From: Marmoricola sp.
Lineage (GTDB): Bacteria > Actinomycetota > Actinomycetes > Propionibacteriales > Nocardioidaceae
Assembly (NCBI GenBank): GCA_025964775.1
Contig: JAOPYE010000024.1
Span: 29,125-93,124 of the forward strand
DNA: 64,000 bases
Reading direction: 5' to 3'
Of this stretch, positions 60,033 through 64,000 are shown in pieces. Every line of letters begins with the position of its first letter. Positions within the stretch are counted from its first letter, which is position 1. The notes below the pieces were generated by a model, which was not told the DNA's origin, did not search any database, and saw nothing but the letters and a program-made list of their open reading frames with translations. Made by a program: the position numbers and the translations under genes.

Positions 60033-61397
60033 TCATACCAGCACCGCCCCTTCCATCAGGCCGATCGCTCTCAGGTCGCGGTACCACCGCTCCACCGGGT
60101 GTTCCTTGACGAAGCCGTGGCCGCCGAGCAGCTGGACGCCGTCGTTGCCGATGCCCATCCCGCGTTCGGCGCACAGCCGGCGTGCCAGTGCGATCTCGCG
60201 CGACGCGTCCTTGCCCTGCGCCACCCGGCCGGCTGCCTTGTAGGTGACCAGCCGCATGCCCTGGAGCTCGATCGCGATGTTGGCGACCATGAACGCGACC
60301 GACTGGCGGTGCGCGATCGGTTCGCCGAAGGCTTCGCGCTGCTTCACGTACGGCGTCACGTAGTCGAGCACGGCCTGGCCGGTCCCGACCGCGAGCGCAC
60401 ACCAGGCCAGACGCGAGTTCTGCACGACCTCGCGGTAGGTGTCGGCATCGCCGAACAGGGCCAGGTCCGCGACCTCGACGTCCTTGAGCACCAGCCGGGC
60501 CAGGCCGGCAGCGCGGACGCCCATCGACGGATCCGCGACGATGCTGACCCCGTCGGTCTTCGACTCGACCAGGAACAGCTGCGGCTTGCCGTCGAGCTCG
60601 GCACCGACGAGGAACAGCTCTGCCTCGGCGCCGCGGACGACGGCCGACTTGATCCCGTTCAGGACGAAGCCGGAGCCCGTCTTCGTGGCGATGGTGGCCG
60701 GCGCGAGCGGGTCGAACAGCGCGGTCGGCTCGGCCAGGACGAGTGCCGCAGCCGGCACCTCGTCGCCGGTGAACGCCGGCAGGTAGGTGGACTGCTGCTC
60801 ATCGGTGCCGTACAGCGAGAGCGCGGTCGCGACGGCGCCGGAGGCCAGTGATGCCACTGCCAGGCCGAGGTCTCCATGGCTCAGCGCCTCGTGGACCAGG
60901 ACGCCGGCGACGGCAGAGCGCTCGGTCGCGATACCACCCAGGTCGTCGGCCACACCCAGGATCGGGAGGCCGATCTCCAGCGAGGCCTTCAGCAGGTCCT
61001 CGGGGGCCGCGCACGTCTCGTTGGCCTCCGCGGCAGCCGGACGGACGACCTCGTTGGCGAACTCCGTGACGACGTCGACGAGCATCTGCTCGTCCTCGGA
61101 CGGTGTCAGATCGAACAGCCCGTTGCCCTGGACGGAGGGAACACGTTTGCCACCACCTTGGCCACCGACGCGGGCGAACGTGCGGCCAGCGGCTCCCGCG
61201 GCCTTGAAGCCCGCACTCGTCACCCGGTAGACCGTCTGCTCGCTCGACTTGCGGATGCCCAGCCGATCGATCAGGTCGCTCTGCGCGAACTTGTTCAGCG
61301 CAGCGACCGCAAGGCCGATGGGGTCACGTTTCTCGTTGTCGGCCAGGCCGTGCTTACCGCCGGCTCCCAGCATGCTCTTCACAGGATCGAATGCCAT
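60033..61397 (-). CDS. acyl-CoA dehydrogenase family protein with an N-terminal extension of about 95 aa
   Basis: The ACAD fold runs from about LFDLTPSEDEQML onward (LVLAEPTALFD, GGHGFVKEHPVERWYRDLRAIGLMEG). ATG 61397. The track ORF to 61961 is antisense to def. Confidence 0.8.
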   Translation of the reverse strand: MAFDPVKSMLGAGGKHGLADNEKRDPIGLAVAALNKFAQSDLIDRLGIRKSSEQTVYRVTSAGFKAAGAAGRTFARVGGQGGGKRVPSVQGNGLFDLTPSEDEQMLVDVVTEFANEVVRPAAAEANETCAAPEDLLKASLEIGLPILGVADDLGGIATERSAVAGVLVHEALSHGDLGLAVASLASGAVATALSLYGTDEQQSTYLPAFTGDEVPAAALVLAEPTALFDPLAPATIATKTGSGFVLNGIKSAVVRGAEAELFLVGAELDGKPQLFLVESKTDGVSIVADPSMGVRAAGLARLVLKDVEVADLALFGDADTYREVVQNSRLAWCALAVGTGQAVLDYVTPYVKQREAFGEPIAHRQSVAFMVANIAIELQGMRLVTYKAAGRVAQGKDASREIALARRLCAERGMGIGNDGVQLLGGHGFVKEHPVERWYRDLRAIGLMEGAVLV

Positions 61398-61405
61398 GCG
61401 GCAAC

Positions 61406-61422
61406 TGTAACTCCGAGTTACA
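61406..61422. promoter_or_regulatory. perfect inverted repeat TGTAACT-N3-AGTTACA in the ACAD / def divergent region
   Basis: tgtaactccgagttaca read directly, 9 nt upstream of the ACAD ATG. It is either a DNA operator or an RNA hairpin whose loop holds GGAG. Confidence 0.35.
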
Positions 61423-61484
61423 CATACCGCTACAGGATCGAGCGTGGCGCAGGTCACGAGTTCGCACGCTCTAGTCTTTCCCGC

Positions 61485-62078
61485 ATGTCGTCCGCTCCTG
61501 CCGCTGAATCCGTTCCCGGGCTCCCGACTGGTGGAACCGTTCGTCCGATCACCCGGTGGGGCGAGGCCGTGATGCATCGTCCGGCCCGCCCGGTCACCAC
61601 CTTCGACGCCACGCTCGCTGCCCTCGCAGCCGACATGGTCGCCACGATGTACGCCGCCGAAGGGGTCGGCCTGGCCGCCTGCCAGATCGGTGAGGACCTG
61701 GCCATCTTCGTCTTCGACTGCCCCGATGAGGACGGCACCGAGCACCAGGGAGTCGTGTGCAACCCGGTGCTCCAGGTCCCCGAGGGCCGCGATCGCAGTC
61801 TCGACGACGGCGACGAGGGCTGCCTGTCGTATCCGGGTGCCTACGTGTCCTGCGCACGCCCCGATGTCGCGCGCGTCACCGGCCAGGACCTGCACGGTGA
61901 ACCGGTCGAGTACAGCGGCGACGGCCTGCTCGCCCGGTGCCTCCAGCACGAGACCGACCACACGAGCGGGATGGTCTTCGGAGACCGGCTCTCGACCCGG
62001 CTGCGCAAGAAGCTGACCAAGCAGATGGAGTCCCAGGCCGCCGACTACCCCCCGAGCTGGCCCGTCAGCTCTGACTGA
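61485..62078 (+). CDS. def: peptide deformylase
   Basis: GVGLAACQIG, EGCLSYPG and QHETDH are the three deformylase motifs. Confidence 0.9.
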   Translation: MSSAPAAESVPGLPTGGTVRPITRWGEAVMHRPARPVTTFDATLAALAADMVATMYAAEGVGLAACQIGEDLAIFVFDCPDEDGTEHQGVVCNPVLQVPEGRDRSLDDGDEGCLSYPGAYVSCARPDVARVTGQDLHGEPVEYSGDGLLARCLQHETDHTSGMVFGDRLSTRLRKKLTKQMESQAADYPPSWPVSSD

Positions 62079-62541
62079 CGCCGTCGAGCAGGTACGACGT
62101 GATGGCGGCCCTGAGCCCGTCGTGCCGCGAGGCCAGAGCGCTGGCCGGGTCCGACCAATTCTGCGGCGGATAGAGCCACACCGGTTTGCCCACGAGCTCT
62201 GCGGGCTCCCACGCGTACCGGGGCCAGACGTGCGCGTGGAGAAACGGATCGGTGTTGCCCAGGATCTCGAGATTGATCCTCCGAAAACCGGAGTCGTGAT
62301 CAGCGCACGCGCGTTCCACGGCCGAACCGAGACGCTCCATGCTCGTCAGGAACTCCAGGCGCTGGTCCCTGCGAAGGTCGCTCAGCCTGGTGGCGGTCGG
62401 ATCATCGGCCAGCAGCACGCAGTAGCCCGGTAGCCACTGGACGTCGCCTATCACGGCGTACCCGCCCGGCAACCGCGCCATGACTGTCGGGTTGTCTCCT
62501 CGGATCGCCGCACCGATTCGATCGAGTCGCCAGTCCGTCAC
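62065..62541 (-). CDS. HIT-family hydrolase-like protein
   Basis: GNTDPFLHAHVWPR (histidine-triad-like HxHxH). GTG at 62541; the longer track ORF is Arg/Ser-rich. Confidence 0.6.
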   Translation of the reverse strand: MTDWRLDRIGAAIRGDNPTVMARLPGGYAVIGDVQWLPGYCVLLADDPTATRLSDLRRDQRLEFLTSMERLGSAVERACADHDSGFRRINLEILGNTDPFLHAHVWPRYAWEPAELVGKPVWLYPPQNWSDPASALASRHDGLRAAITSYLLDGVSQS

Positions 62542-62569
62542 GGACCCAGCCTGCCATCGCAGCCCGGAC

Positions 62570-63373
62570 TCACCGGTGGCTGGCGACGTAGCAGGCCACC
62601 GCGGACGCGGCCGCCACGTTGAGCGAGTCGATCCCGGCCGCCATCGGGATGATCGCGCGCCGCTGGGCCGAGGCCTCCCAGCGCTGTGACAACCCGTGGC
62701 CCTCGGAACCAAGGACGAGCGCGAGCCGGTCCACGCCGGCGACAGCCTGCTCGATCGGGATCGCATCCGGGGCGAGCGTCAGCGCGACCGTGGTGAAACC
62801 ACGCGCGGCGAGGTCGGTCAGGCCGGAGTGCCAGTCCTCGACCCGGGTCCACGGCATGGTGAAGATCGCGCCCATGCCGACCTTGATCGCCCTGCGGTAC
62901 AGCGGATCCGCGCAGCGCGGCGAGAGCAGCACGGCATCGAAGCCGAGGGCCGCCCCCGACCGGAATACGGCACCGACATTGGTGTGGTCGATCAGGTCCT
63001 CGAGGACCAGCACCGAACGGGCACCGGCCAGGACGTCGTCGAGTGGGGCGAGCGGTCGGCGGTGCAGCGACGCGAGCGCACCACGGTGCACGTGGAAGCC
63101 GGTCACCTCCTCGGCCATCGCTTCGGGCAGCACGTAGACCGGCGCCTCGCTCCGGTCCAGCACGTCGGCCAGGCCGTCGAGCCAGCGCGGTGCCATCAGG
63201 AAGGACCGGGCGGTGAAGCCCGCTTCGATCGCGCGGCGTACGACCTTCTCGCCCTCGGCCAGGAACAACCCGTGCTCTGCTTCCAGGTTCTCCCGCAACT
63301 GCACGTCGCGCAGGTCGCGATAGTCGGCCAGGCGTGGATCGTCGGCCGAGGTGATCGTGACGACCTCAGCCAT
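62570..63373 (-). CDS. TrmH/SpoU-family RNA 2'-O-methyltransferase
   Basis: DPRLADYRDLRD, LFLAEGEKV, NVGAVFRSGAALG, LVLGSEGHGLS and IPMAAGIDSLNVAAASAV. Confidence 0.8.
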   Translation of the reverse strand: MAEVVTITSADDPRLADYRDLRDVQLRENLEAEHGLFLAEGEKVVRRAIEAGFTARSFLMAPRWLDGLADVLDRSEAPVYVLPEAMAEEVTGFHVHRGALASLHRRPLAPLDDVLAGARSVLVLEDLIDHTNVGAVFRSGAALGFDAVLLSPRCADPLYRRAIKVGMGAIFTMPWTRVEDWHSGLTDLAARGFTTVALTLAPDAIPIEQAVAGVDRLALVLGSEGHGLSQRWEASAQRRAIIPMAAGIDSLNVAAASAVACYVASHR

Positions 63374-64000
63374 CGAAGGCGTCCGGGTGCGCCACCCGCA
63401 CGACCTCGCCGATCACGATGATCGCCGGGGCCGTGACCGCCGAGGTCACCAGGTCGGCTGCCAGGGTGCCGAGCCGCGAGAGCACGGTGCGCTCGGTCGG
63501 CATCGTGCCGTCGCAGACCACGGCGACCGGTACGGCGGGGTCGCGACCGTGCTCGAGCAGCGCGGCGGCGATGGCGGGCGCGTTCTCGACCGCCATCATC
63601 AGCACGATGGTCCCGCGCATCCGGGCAACCGCGTCCCAGGCCACCAGCGACTCGGGATGACCGGGCGGCAGATGGCCGGAGATCACCGTGAACTCGTGCG
63701 TCACCCCGCGGTGCGTGACCGGGATGCCGGCGATCGCGGGCACGGCGATCGGGCTGCTGAGGCCCGGGATGACGGTCACCGGCACACCAGCCGCCCGGCA
63801 GGCCTCGATCTCTTCGTACCCGCGACCGAAGACGAAGTTGTCACCACCCTTGTAGCGCGCGACCCGCTTCCCCGCCAGCGCCCGGTCGACGATGATCCGG
63901 TTGATCTCCTCCTGCTGCGCAGAACGCCCGCGCGGGAGCTTGGCCACGTCGATCAGCTCGACATCCGGGCTCAGGTCACCGAGGAGCTCGCGGGGCGCCA
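63366..64000 (-). CDS. cobA: uroporphyrinogen-III C-methyltransferase (C-terminal part; gene continues past the right edge)
   Basis: [53 protein letters not shown]. The frame stays open beyond the first Met to the window end. Confidence 0.8.
   Translation of the reverse strand, partial: APRELLGDLSPDVELIDVAKLPRGRSAQQEEINRIIVDRALAGKRVARYKGGDNFVFGRGYEEIEACRAAGVPVTVIPGLSSPIAVPAIAGIPVTHRGVTHEFTVISGHLPPGHPESLVAWDAVARMRGTIVLMMAVENAPAIAAALLEHGRDPAVPVAVVCDGTMPTERTVLSRLGTLAADLVTSAVTAPAIIVIGEVVRVAHPDAFDG

Noticed and set aside
61406-61422. KstR-type operator (TnnAACnnGTTnnA) upstream of the acyl-CoA dehydrogenases.
   Set aside because: The AAC and GTT triplets are separated by 5 nt here rather than 2, so it does not fit the KstR consensus as I remember it. 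It is kept only as a generic palindrome.

Overview
Very GC-rich actinobacterial chromosomal segment, densely coding: about 65 CDS, one tRNA, and no rRNA, CRISPR array, transposase or integrase. The backbone is a conserved actinobacterial core that, from memory, is syntenic with the M. tuberculosis Rv2092c-Rv2141c region. It holds a complete Pup-proteasome locus on the minus strand (arc ... dop-pup-prcB-prcA-pafA-pafB-pafC) followed by tatA-tatC, a DAG-kinase-like gene and helY. Other core genes include rbpA, fxsA, trmI, an M50/CBS protease, a RecB-like nuclease, metH, a PAC2 protein, the mshC operon, corA, uppP, an M20 peptidase, a ceramidase, tRNA-Leu(GAG), guaB1, two acyl-CoA dehydrogenases, def, a TrmH methyltransferase and partial cobA. 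Items of interest are listed below.
(1) A lysine to beta-lysine to 3,5-diaminohexanoate catabolic cluster (kamA divergent from kdd-kamD-kamE-kal) lacks a kce gene in the window.
(2) An XRE-HTH domain is fused in frame to a full-length MurA-like enzyme.
(3) A secreted two-HKD phospholipase-D-family protein, plus a ppm1/GT-C pair, sits between arc and dop.
(4) The metH leader is structured and resembles an SAH riboswitch, with a hairpin that sequesters the Shine-Dalgarno sequence.
(5) An uncharacterised kinase-like / DUF3090 / histidine-phosphatase trio is translationally coupled to mshC.
(6) A four-gene exported cluster lies next to tRNA-Leu: a DUF4333 lipoprotein, a cupredoxin lipoprotein, an internally duplicated lipoprotein and a small 4-TM protein.
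(7) galK is frameshifted.
Many very long ORFs in the track are antisense shadow ORFs typical of GC-rich DNA and were not called. All family assignments come from motif recognition by eye; no database search was run.
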